Source of the DNA: Pseudogymnoascus verrucosus
Lineage: Eukaryota
DNA length: 52,023 nt
Assembly: GCA_001662655.1 (NCBI GenBank)
Contig: KV460267.1
Direction: 5' to 3' (one strand)
Below the pieces are notes generated by a model, which worked only from the letters and a program-made list of their open reading frames with translations, did not search any database and was not told the origin of the DNA. A program made the translations under genes and the position numbers. Below are positions 35,645 through 46,814 of the stretch, piece after piece. Position 1 is the first letter of the stretch. Each line of letters starts with the position of its first letter.

Positions 35645-37425
35645 TCAATTCATAAATGACTCCTCCACACCAACAACCTCGTCTTTGAGAGCATAAACTT
35701 CACACTGTGCAATCCTCGTCTTTGCGGGGATAGTAATAGAAATAGGAAAGTCTCCGTAATCAGGATCCTCTCCAGGCATTACCGCTGCCGCTCCACTTCT
35801 GGTCTCATCACCGCCAAAAGCCCTCCTCGAACGCATCTCTCCCGTCGTTTCGTTAACGACCTCCTTCTCAACGAAATTGAGCAGTCCTACGAATACCACC
35901 GCTGGGTCTGTGGAAGAGAACTTGACCTGAAAGCCTTCACCAATGAGCAGAAAGCGTGCGGCTTCTAGATGAATGACCATGCCAAAGCCCGGGCCTGCTT
36001 TCCCAAACACAAAGGATCTCTCAATTTCAAGCTTCCACATACCGAACACAACACTGACAACGGGTAGGCTCTTGCCAGTACGATCAGGCTCGTCGAAGCA
36101 GAAGCCAATACTAGTGCCAGGTTTGCGCTGTGCTGCCAAAACGTGGAATGATACCTTGGCAAGTAGGCCGTAATGCTTCTTGAAAGGGTTTTCATCGACT
36201 TTGAGCGTATCTATGCCAAATGGGGCTGTCCCTATACATTGGTAGTTGCCATAAGCAATCCAGATTCGACGTGCCCCATACTCGTCACGACGCTGCTCGG
36301 GAATGAAGAGTGGCTGGTTACGGTGTCGATATTTCGCGCAAGAAGAGGCATAATCATTCAAATAAATATCCGGAGCGACAAAGTCCAATGTCGGCGCGAA
36401 AAACTGCCAGATGTCTAAGACATTGATAACTCCACCGCCAGAGGGGTAGTCCCCCGGATGTCCTCCGCCACCTACTATGGCAGGAAATTCATTATCAGTA
36501 TCTTCCCCGACGTAGCTCTGCCAGACATTCGTAAAAAGAGGAATGGGATAAGCATGTTTGCCTGCAGCTGCGACCTCTTCGAGGTATAGCGCGTAGTGGT
36601 ACGCCATGAATATTTCATCAGTCTGATTGCTCTGACCGAAAACCGACTCCCAGGATTTGTTACTGCCTTTGCGAGACAATGATTTGAAGTCTTGTAGATT
36701 TTCTCTGAGCTTGGGGTGTAAGGTGTCCCAGTTCGTATTAAGGGCATCGATGAGCTGCTGCGGAACTGGGGATCGAAAGCAATAGTCTGCCGCACTGGAC
36801 GAGTCTCGCGAATCTCCGAGAATGCCAACTTCATTCTCAACCTGAACCATAATCACGGTAGAATGATTCTGGTCGAATTCTTTTAAATGCTGCATGAGGC
36901 TTTTAAAAGCTCGCGCATCAGCCTTCCAAGTTTGGGCATGAAAGATCGAGAGGACGTCTGCGACGTGCAACACCCCTCCAACTTTCCGCAACTTCGCGCG
37001 GGGAAAGCGCTTCATGTCTCTCTTAACCCACCCAGGAGCGTATGTGGAAAGACCTGATGTCGTCGTCATTAGATTGAATTGAAATATTTTAGTTGAGAGG
37101 AACATGGGTATAACTGACCATTTTTAAACGATCCAAACCATAAAAGAATGAGGTGTAGGCCGTGTCTTCTCGCACCCGCGATTACGCTGTCTAGCTCATT
37201 AAATACAAATATCCCCTCCTTAGGCTCAATCATTTCCCACGACACACAGCCTAAGACGGTGTTTATACTGGCCGCTGCAAGCTTTGGCCAGACATCTTCC
37301 ATGTAATCAGCTGAGGTCATGGACGAGTTCTGCAACTCAGCGCCGCGAATGAGGAAGGGCCGTCCATTGACCAGTAGCTCTTTCCCAGACGGCGAGTCTA
37401 GGAGGGATGGAATTGCCAATTGCAT
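35645..37425 (-). CDS. GH35 beta-galactosidase-like, no signal peptide
   Basis: GAELQNSS, WEMIEP.EG, LWFGSFKNG, MVQVENE, YPSGG, APDIY, LFIPEQ; intron 37054-37118. Confidence 0.9.
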
Positions 37426-37648
37426 CTTTGAAAAATCCAGGAGAATGCGATGGTGAGTTTGGTAGCTTGTGAAATGTTCGACTTCAAGGTCTCAGTAGTA
37501 TACACATCGACGACCCGGCGTAGAGATGGTGGGAATGATGTGGGAGGGAAGAAAGTCTCCCTCTGGGAAGCAAGGAATCCTGAGTAAAAGAAAGTGTGTT
37601 ACGGGGGAGATAGACTATCCCGGTTCCGCGGACGGACTTGATGCTTGA

Positions 37649-38072
37649 TGAGTGTCCATGCTGTGGCAAAGGGCAAATATGATTGCTGGTTAGTTTCATG
37701 TTCGAGACCCTGTTGTAAGCGCAGAGTGGGGGTTCCAGAAACAAATATTGAGTAAACAGAAGTGTTGATCATGGGGTTTATTTTTATTTTTGTTCCTATC
37801 TTAATGGGGTAGCACCCCCCTTCTGCGGACTAAGCCAGCAATGATTGGCTAAAATTCCGACGGGATAGTCGATCAGAGAGAGGCATACCGTAGTAACAAC
37901 GCACTTTCTAGAACCCCACTACAACACGGTCTCTCGAACAGGAAACTGACCAGCAAATCATATCTGCCCTTTGCCACAGCATGGACACTCATTAAGCACC
38001 CCCGTCTGCGGACTAAGCGAGCGATGATTGGCTAAAACTCCGATGGGATAGTCGATCAGAGAGAGGAATACC
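37649..38072. repeat. Interleaved inverted (about 90 bp) and direct (about 77 bp) repeats in the GH35/GH93 intergenic region
   Basis: 37649-37741 is an imperfect reverse complement of 37905-37991; 37812-37889 is directly repeated at about 37996-38072. Confidence 0.88.
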
Positions 38073-38569
38073 CCAATAACAACCGAAATGGCCGACCTCC
38101 CATTCAACTTTTGCGCTCAATTGCTTCCAACTTAACAAACATTCACGCCGTATACTTAGGAACGAACGTCAGTGATAAAGCTGGACCTTGTTCTTTTTCC
38201 GCTTTCTCCGCAACCCAGATACCATCGGCTTTAACCCTCTTCTGGGTGCCGGCATTACGGTTCGGTTAATGGCTCAAATTCCACGTGGAAGGCAACTAGG
38301 ATCACATCCCCACATACTGCCACGCCTTTTCCCCATGGGGGGTCTGTTTAACTGAGCTTTGATTAGAGTCAATAAAAGGTACAGGAAGCGAGTTTGGTAA
38401 CTGATCGTTGATGTCCAATACTGACGTATCTCTTAGGTATATAAGAAGGCTAGGGATCATATGAATTCTCGCTTTCTCTAGCCAGTTCAAATATCCGAAA
38501 CTTTCAGGCTTCATCTGATCAAAGCTTAACTTACTTCGTCCACTTGACTCCTTATTTCATCATATCACC

Positions 38570-39727
38570 ATGTTGCTCCTCAGAGCTCTTGCGGCAGCTC
38601 AGTTCCTGCTGGGAGTTCAAGCATGCGTTCAGCCAAATCCTGTTCCAGCCGCATGGTCCACCTTTTCCAACAATCTTGTCTTCCAGCCTGGTTCTGATTA
38701 TACCAGTTGGCGTACGATTTATGCCCGCTCACTGCAGCTGCCAGACTGGTCTCTTCTCATGACCTGGGAGAACTACGCTCCTGAGCCACAAACCAAAGCC
38801 TGGTTCCCAATCTACCGTTCTACGAATGGTGGTGCAACTTGGAGTTCGTACTCGGTAATCAGGGATACTGTGAACGGGTGGGGCCTGCGCTATCAGCCAC
38901 ATCTTCACCTCCTGAAAACTGAATTCGCAGGCTTCCCAGCGGGCACGATTCTTGCTGCGGGTGCCTCTGTTCCCTCTGACCTCAGCGAAGCCTATATCGA
39001 TCTTTATGCAAGCACGAATAATGGCGTTAGCTGGACCTTTGTGAGCCACATAGCATATGGCGCTGGGCCTGAGACTGTTAGCAACGGTAACGATGCCATA
39101 TGGGAACCTTTTCTACTGCTTGATGGCAACACCATGGTGGTCTACTACTCCGACCAACGTGACCCAGCACACGCACAGAAACTCGTTCACGTCACAAGCA
39201 CAAACTTGCGAACCTGGACTGCTCCTGTCAACGATGTCACGTATCCCGACTTTAGTGCGCGTCCCGGCATGGCTATCGTAGCACGTATTGGAAACACTGG
39301 GAGATATATCATGGTTTACGAATACTGTGGTTCGCCATCTTGTCAGGTGTACTACAAAGTGGCTACATCACCTTACAGCTTTGGCGCATCGACTGGAAAC
39401 CCCGTCATTGCTAACAACACTGCACGTACCGATCTCTACTCTGCACCATATGTTATCTGGACTCCGCACCCAGAGCGAACTGATGGGTCGGGCCTTATCA
39501 TGGTTAGTGGAGCCAGTAGAGAACAACTCTTCATCAATGAGGACTCTGCTGGTACAACTGGGTTCAAGCTAGTTGACATTGGCCAGTGGACATCTCACTC
39601 ACGCCAATTGTCGATTATTAGTTCAGATAATCAAAACAGGTTGATGGTTTCTAATGGCGGACTAATGAACTCAGCAAGTGCTCCATGCAACTTTGTTGCT
39701 ACTGGTGTGGTGAATATCCCAACTTAG
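38570..39727 (+). CDS. Secreted GH93 exo-arabinanase-like (BNR/Asp-box) protein
   Basis: Signal peptide; YARS, TWENY, STNGGATW, LRYQP, STNNGVSW, IWEPF, YSDQRD, RPGM, YEYCG; intronless, 385 aa. Confidence 0.88.
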   Translation: MLLLRALAAAQFLLGVQACVQPNPVPAAWSTFSNNLVFQPGSDYTSWRTIYARSLQLPDWSLLMTWENYAPEPQTKAWFPIYRSTNGGATWSSYSVIRDTVNGWGLRYQPHLHLLKTEFAGFPAGTILAAGASVPSDLSEAYIDLYASTNNGVSWTFVSHIAYGAGPETVSNGNDAIWEPFLLLDGNTMVVYYSDQRDPAHAQKLVHVTSTNLRTWTAPVNDVTYPDFSARPGMAIVARIGNTGRYIMVYEYCGSPSCQVYYKVATSPYSFGASTGNPVIANNTARTDLYSAPYVIWTPHPERTDGSGLIMVSGASREQLFINEDSAGTTGFKLVDIGQWTSHSRQLSIISSDNQNRLMVSNGGLMNSASAPCNFVATGVVNIPT

Positions 39728-40426
39728 GTCTCGATTAGCTCTGCTGAAGTCGGACAACTTAAGGGCACATTATGAGGATAGTGAACATTGTGTTGATGTT
39801 TTATAAGACAAGAGAAGATAAATCTGCAGCGTTACGGGTAGTTAGTAACTTCAAGTCTTTAACTAGTAACGTACATGCATGGCGAAAGCTCCAGCATAGC
39901 GAACGCACCGCCCCCACCATATTTTACCATCTTCCACCTTCCAACCTCGTTTTCTCCGTCGCCCAACATGCCTCAAAAATAATAATGATACTCAATTAAA
40001 CTTAGCCTTATTAGCTATAAAAAATGATTCTTCGTTAACTCTTAGGCGCGCAGCTGCTATCTACGGAGTACACCATACAAAGCTAAGCTGTCGCATATGT
40101 GGAAACATTGGGAAAGATGGTGGCTTCTTTTTTTCCCACGGCGACTCGTTCGTTGATGTTGGGAATAACTCTAGAGCTTAAGCGCGCTAAACTGTATACA
40201 TACTAGCGTCACGGTCAAGAGCCGAGGCTAGCCCGGCGGCTGGACTTTTATATCCGCGTCTCCCAGTGTAGAGCTTTGGTAAGCAAGCATATCGGGACGT
40301 GACGGCTCCGTACTATACGCGCAAATTATACGATTGAAGGCAGTGAGAAGGGATATACGAACGAACGAATTGACAGAGTAACGAGAAGTCCGACCACGAA
40401 TCGACCCCCCAAACACCACAAACACA

Positions 40427-41326
40427 ATGGCCGCCCCACGCGCAAGCACCTCCCTCCTCCGCGCCCTGCGCTCCTCCTCCAACCCATGTCTCCGCACGTC
40501 TGCGCCGCGATTCGCGCGTCTGGCGACTATCAGCTGTGCGCGGACGTTCTGCGTCTCGGCGAGGAGAATGGGGGGGTTGGTGAATGGGAAGAAGAATGAG
40601 GGGGAGTTGGGGGTTGGGGAGCTGGAGGGTGCGGAGGGGGCGATGGCGCCGATTGTTAGGGTTGGGGAGGATGAGGGGACTATGAGGGCTAGGCTTGTTT
40701 GTGAGTTTTGATCTTTCTTTGGGGGTGAGGGTTGGAGAGGGGAGATAGGGGTGGGTGTGGGTGTGCTGGATTTGGGGAACGGGTTGTCCGCGATGACCTT
40801 GACCCAAAGGAGGGGGAGCGTCCTCTTACCACCCCACCCAGAACACAGCACAGCTCCATTTTTCGACCCTCTCTTCACATCATGAGTAAAAACACAGCTA
40901 ACCCCCCACCCCACAGACCAATCCCGCAAACGCGGCATCCGCGAAGCCGACCTCCTCCTCTCCACCTTCGCCGACGCCCACCTCCCCACCATGACCCACG
41001 CCCAAATGACCGCCTACGACCGCCTCCTCGACGAGAACGACTGGGACATCTACTACTGGGCCACGCAACCCGACGAGCCCGGATCCACATCTACTCCTAC
41101 ACCTGGCAAGGCGCCGGTGGATGAGAAGGGGGGGAAGATTGTGGAGCCGGCGAAGGGGGAGTGGGCGCAGACGCTGGGGACTTATAGGCCTGCGTACCGA
41201 CCGGTGCCCGGGAGGTGGGAGGGAAGTGAGATTTTGGAGAGGTTGAGGGAGCATGTTTGGTCGAGGAGGGCGGAGGGGGGGGGGCAGGGGGGGGGGATGG
41301 CGTTTATGCCTGGGTTGAGGGGGTAG
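40427..41326 (+). CDS. SDH5: Succinate dehydrogenase assembly factor 2 (flavinator)
   Basis: Intron 40701-40916 joins [25 protein letters not shown]...[17 protein letters not shown]; presequence-like N-terminus. Confidence 0.92.
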
Positions 41327-41984
41327 AGGGGTTCGTGAGGGGGGAAGTGGGGGAAAGGGGGTGGGATGGTGTATGATACGGGGATAAGATATGTGGGATA
41401 GATGAGCGAGGCATTTTAGTGTATAGTACGATATAGAAATCACATCCCGCATCTTGATACAATATCACACTTTTGGGCCTCGTTTAGGCGTTCGGATTCT
41501 CCTCGGGGAACTGAGATGTGAAGCTTGCATATGATAGGCCCTTTTTGGATAATTACTATCTATATCTTGCCTGTCCTGTGCTGGTGGGAGGACAGGGGAG
41601 ACGAAGGAGATACGTCTAAAGATGACATCAACGAGTATGATTCTAAGGAGGAGGATATTGAGAAGTTCCACCGTGTCTCCGGGCATCATACTACCTCCCG
41701 GCTGTTATCGGATCATGGCCCCACGCATTAGCATGGCTACGGGGGATTACCTCAGAGTCACTTCTTGTTGAAAAGGAAGCCGCCTCTCTCCCATCGATAG
41801 GAGCCTGGTGTCTCCCAACCGACAACCCGCCCAGAGCTAAAAAAAATCTATGGATTGCAGCGGTAATTGCAGCTGCAACGGGGCAAACCCACGGAAAGAC
41901 GGTCGTCATCGAGCCCTTCGATTCACGACGTACACGGAGAAGATTTCGGAGGTAGTCCTAGATTCTGCAGTGACAGACAACACC

Positions 41985-42912
41985 ATCGTGGTGACAACAG
42001 AGTGTCGACAGGTAAGTAAACGGTAAGAACAATGCAACGGTGAGAACAGTAGAATGGCGATAGTAAGAGGTTGAGATGAGACGCCCGCTGTTATCCTCTT
42101 TGCGGCCTCTTATTTACAGCAGGAGCTTATTGGACAACCAGTACCTATCATACTCTTCAAGTTTCTCAGCGCTGCTTGTTCTTGCTCTGCGGCGAAGCGA
42201 GGAAAGGAGAATGGAAAAAATGGATGAGAAAAGGCGAGAAAAAAGTAGAAGACAAAGTAGAAGACAAAGAGGAAGAAAAGGGGGAGGAAGGGGGCGGGGA
42301 AAGGGGTAAGGGGTAAGGAAAGGAGCGAGAAAGGGGGTATCTGACACGTTCAGGAAACTACTTGTAGAGACTAAGATGTACCTCAAGAAAATTGCTAATG
42401 GAATACTGCGGAAAAAATGAGGAAGCTGCGGAGTTTATGGAGTAACTCACACAGGAGATCTCTAGGTTGTGCAGCAATACTGGCGTGACAACAGCGCGAT
42501 TAATTACGCTCAAAGCTCGAAGGCCTCCGTGACTCAGAAGATTTAGGCTGGCAACTTGAGGAGTCTAGAATCCGCATAGCTCTGCTTGAGCATCGGGCGG
42601 CGACACACGACATCGTGGTTGCCCCAAGGATGAAGAAGGGTGAAGCATTTGGGAAGACTGCTGGATACCTTCGACATTGTGCTCCGCCGTATGCTTACAC
42701 GCATCGTGGTCATCTGAGACAGCTATACTATGCGTCTCAATTTGGCTACGGCTAACCGTGGGATGGCATGACGAGGCCTCGTCATCGGCAGGGTCTGAAT
42801 GGTGACAGCTAACAGCGCGACGGTAAGAAACAGCTCCATGGTGAGAACAGCGCGAGGACGACAGTAAGATAGTGAGATGGGATATCCGCGACTATACTCT
42901 TTGTAATCCTCT
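41985..42912 (+). repeat. Dispersed degenerate direct repeat, about 115 bp x2
   Basis: About 41988-42110 versus 42800-42911: GGTGACA...CGGTAAGAA...GGTGAGAACAG...AGTAAGA...TGAGATG...CTCTTTG. Confidence 0.65.
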
Positions 42913-44635
42913 CATCCGCCAATGGCCTCCCTGATAGGCTTGACCTCTGCCATGTCATCTTCTACGATGCCCTGATGACCCCAGAAATGGATGTTAAGAA
43001 CAATATCATCGGCCTTATAACCTCGATATTTTCCTCCGTTGGGAGTGGCTCTTTTGTAAGGATGCAATATCAATATCAAAGGATTCGTGGGAAATCCATA
43101 GCAAGCTAGCCACGCAATTTCAGGAGCACAGACAAGTGAGAAAATCACATCAGCTGGCCAAACAGACAATAAGAATGCGATGGGAAGAGCTCAAGCACAA
43201 GCAAGGAATTCACGGACCGACAGCCAGCCAAGAAAGTAATGTGGAGATGAGGTATGGAATAAAGCAAAAGCATAAGTGAGAAATCCAGTGCTGGCTGGTG
43301 CAATATCAATATCACAACATAAGAGAGAAATCCACAGCTGCGCAACCAGGAAGGCAGCGCGGGTGCAAAATGACGGCACAAGCAAACCTGAGTAATCTCT
43401 ACTCACCCAGCCAGCCAGAGAACCAGCAGGGAGGAAAAACCAACCCAACCTCACAAGAACACCTGCTCCCCCGCCCCTATTTCCCTCGCATCACAAAGAA
43501 CACCATTCAGAGCTCACCCCTTTTTACTCACTCACACCACAGAAGACAACATCCATCATCCCACCCCTTTTCCCTACCCCCTTTCCTCCCCTCACATCAA
43601 AGCCCACCCTATCCACCACGTCACCCCCTCGCATCCTCACCCGCACTTCCCCCATTCCCCTCCACCGCGTCGTCATCTGTCTCTCCCCTTCATAAAAATA
43701 GAACCACCCCTTACCTTACGCGGTTGCATGAGTAATTGCCACTATCCCCCTGATACCCCGCCACTATCCGCTGTAGCTCCAGGGAGATACGGGAAAGAGG
43801 AGGATAGTTACCGATGTGCGGCATCCAGAAAATTCACCTTGGATAGATCGATCGCCGATGGTGAGGAGACATAAGAGATCGCGGGGGGAGGGAAGAGATT
43901 CTCGATTTGGGATAGGCACCGGAGATGAGGGAGATAAGATCGGTGATCTGATGATGGGAGAGGGGGCGAGGACGACTCCCGCTTCGGGTTGGCTGCCGGT
44001 GATGATGGAGGGAACGTAGTGTCCGTTGATAGTGCCGTGGGTTGAGTGGCGGATGGCGGATCGGCCAGATCGGATAACTATATCAGCGGCGTCCATTATC
44101 CCCTCACCGGCGTCTGCGTAGTTCCGTATAGAGTCGGGATGAGGTGAAGATAGATTGAGTGAGTTGGGAGTAGCGCAGCTGCGTTCAGCGTTCCTGGGAG
44201 GCGATATCAAGGCCCCGTCGATGCCGGCTCGCGGATCGATAGAGGGGTAGGACATTGCTTTACCCGTCTTTGGGTATAGTCCGGCGATAGATAGAGGTGT
44301 CTGCGACCTGTACCTGATTAGCTCATCATCGTAGCCCTCCATCTAGCCTCCATCAAATCATCATGTAGTTGACGCCACCTCGATCCCACCAACGTCATCC
44401 GTGTTCAGCCACCGTCCACGAAAATCCCTAACTCAAGTAGCCTCCGCCTCTGCCGCCGCAAGACTCACACCGTGTTCAGCACCTCCCAGTCCAACTCGGG
44501 GGAAGTATCAAGGCTTTATGCAGTATCAGTCTATGCGGCTGCGCATATATCAGATGAGCCTTTCCGCGTCCGGCGTTTAGGGGAGGCGAATATCCCCAAC
44601 CTCCCCATATACGTACGGCGGTCCCTAGGTATAGC

Positions 44636-45172
44636 CGGCCCTGGGGGTATCGGATTAAATACTTCTGCGTTCGGAAATTTGGAGGGTATGTAGGTAAGGG
44701 TTTATGCAGCATCTGTAGATGGAATTTTATGGAGTTGAGGGGTATATCATGTGGACTTTGGTATTTCTAGTATACGGCCCTGGAGATATCAGATTAATCT
44801 CGCTTCTGCGTTCAGTCATTTTCAAGGAGGGTACGAGGGTTTTCTGCAGCCTTCATAGATGTAGTCTCCTGTAGATCAGAGTAGCTCTCCCGTAAAAGGG
44901 TAGTCTACGGACTATAAGGAGGCTATTTCCCGGCGCCATCATCTCTACGTCGCGGACCAAAAATTAGCCCATCCATGTCCGGCATCCGTCTATCTAGCCT
45001 CTCTAGATGCCGCCTTAGGAAGAAGAAGGATTAGCTCACTGGATATTCTATTTCCATACCCCAGCTGTACATAGAGCCCCTTACAAATAACGCAGTTAGC
45101 TCATCTGAGTATTCTATTTCCATCTCTCATCATCTGTACATACAGCCAGCCAGGCCCTTACAGATACTACAG
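44636..45172 (+). repeat. Two sets of degenerate tandem duplications
   Basis: GGCCCTGG...ATTAA...CTTCTGCGTTC...GGAGGGTA at about 44637 and 44776; TTAGCTCA...TATTCTATTTCCAT...CTGTACATA...CCCTTACA at about 45030 and 45096. Confidence 0.7.
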
Positions 45173-46259
45173 TCACTTCATCCGTGTTCAGCCAGCCATT
45201 GTCCAGTCTATTTCGAGGCCATGCATGACAAAGCTTTATCCCTCTAGCCTCCGTCCAAGCCGCCGCCGTCGTGGATCCAAGGTTAGCTCATCTACCCACC
45301 ACCCGCCCGTCTTCGGCCTTTGTCCGGGGGGATATTTGCTATTCAGCCTCCCTCGCGTAGTCGCGTAGACCAAGATTAGCTCACCCGCGTTCAGCGCCTG
45401 TCGAGCGTCGTATATGCAACTAAGATTAGCACAATGGGGGCGAGTTTCCCACTCAGCCGCTCCGCTGCGGGTTGTTCGTTTGGGGAGCTGGTAGGTACTA
45501 ACTATCCAACTTACTCCATCTCGTAGCCAGCTTCCACCATCTTTTAGCCAACTTCCCCCATCCCGCCTACCCGCGCCAATTCCCACTTTCCCTCCCGCCA
45601 ACCCACTCCTCAGCCCAACCAGCCCCAGCCCCCTCTACCTACCCCTCTCGGCGCGTCCGATAAGATACGCCAACGCTATCCATGCAGCACGCAACGCGAC
45701 TACGCTACCCCACACACACGCCCCTCCACGGCTGAGCTGACGTAGACGACGAACATCCATCCCGTCGACAGGGAAGAAGGAAGGAATGAGGCGTTATGTC
45801 ATGCATGCCATGCATCGTATCGCACTATACACTACGCTACATGCACATGCAAAGCCGATCGATCGCCCGTCCGTCCCGCTGTTTCGTGTGAGTGTGGGGT
45901 GTATATATAGAAACGCGATTATCGATAGTGCGGCGATAGTGGGAGTGATAGTGGGAGGATAGTGGGAGGAGGCTGGAGGAGGGAGGGGTGAGTGGGGTAG
46001 AGATGGCTGATAGAGGGGTGATTGCCGGCCTATCGATTAGGGCGATTGTTGCCTGGCCAGGGGGGGGATAGTTGGCGAGTCGACCGATGGTGCGTGGATG
46101 TCTTGGAGGTGTATGGCGTGTGTGGATGTGTGTCTTAAGCGGTGATGGGTGGAGTTTGTGGCGGCCACGCAGCGAAGGTGTCGTTTAGGCACGGACGGCG
46201 GTGATCTGGAGATCGATAGCGTCGATCTGCGGGGAAGGAGGTATGACGATTGTGTGTCT

Positions 46260-46795
46260 TGAGGTAAAGTGTGTTGTGTCTCTACCGAGTAGAGAATTGT
46301 TTCTGTTGGTGTCGTTTCTCTTGGATAAGGTGTGTGTATTGTCTCTGTTGTCTCTAGTGATAGAGTGTGGCTGTCTTTTTTCCCCACGGAATGGCTAGTT
46401 CTTTCAGTAAAAAGTGGCATACTGAGATATTACTTTACAGCAAGACTTGCCATGCCTCCCAAATAAAGGTGTTTGTATTGTCTCTCAGATAGAGTGTGGC
46501 TGCCTCTCTCCTTCCACAATGGACTAGCTCTCCTAATAGAAAATGGCATAGAGAGAGGCATATGGCATAGAGAAACACTCTACTCCCCTGCCTCCCAAAT
46601 AAAGGTGTGTGTGTTGTCTCTGGGGATAGAGTGTGGCTGCCTCTTTTTCCCCACATAATAGAACTGTATACTGAGATACTCCACTGAAAAACCTCCCATG
46701 TCAAGACCTGCCATGTCTCCCAAATAAAGTATGTGTGTATTGTCTTTCCCACATAGTCTATCTCACATAGAGTGTGGTAGTCTTGACTCTCCATG
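46260..46795 (+). repeat. Degenerate tandem array with a period of about 125-135 bp
   Basis: Recurring CTCCCAAATAAAG, TTGTCTCT, ATAGAGTGTGG and ATACTGAGATA; ATAGAGTGTGG near 46360, 46489, 46626 and 46767. Confidence 0.8.
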
Positions 46796-46814
46796 AAATA
46801 GAGATGGCGGGGGA

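Noticed and set aside
40228..41452. Long minus-strand ORFs (254, 164 and 184 aa)
   Set aside because: Antisense to SDH5; open only because of G/C-skewed composition.
42912..43454. Short minus-strand ORFs
   Set aside because: No consistent splice model or domain recognised.
43764..44342. 192-aa minus-strand ORF
   Set aside because: Pro/Ser-rich with no recognisable family and an in-frame TAG directly before the ATG; may be a gene relic but cannot be supported.
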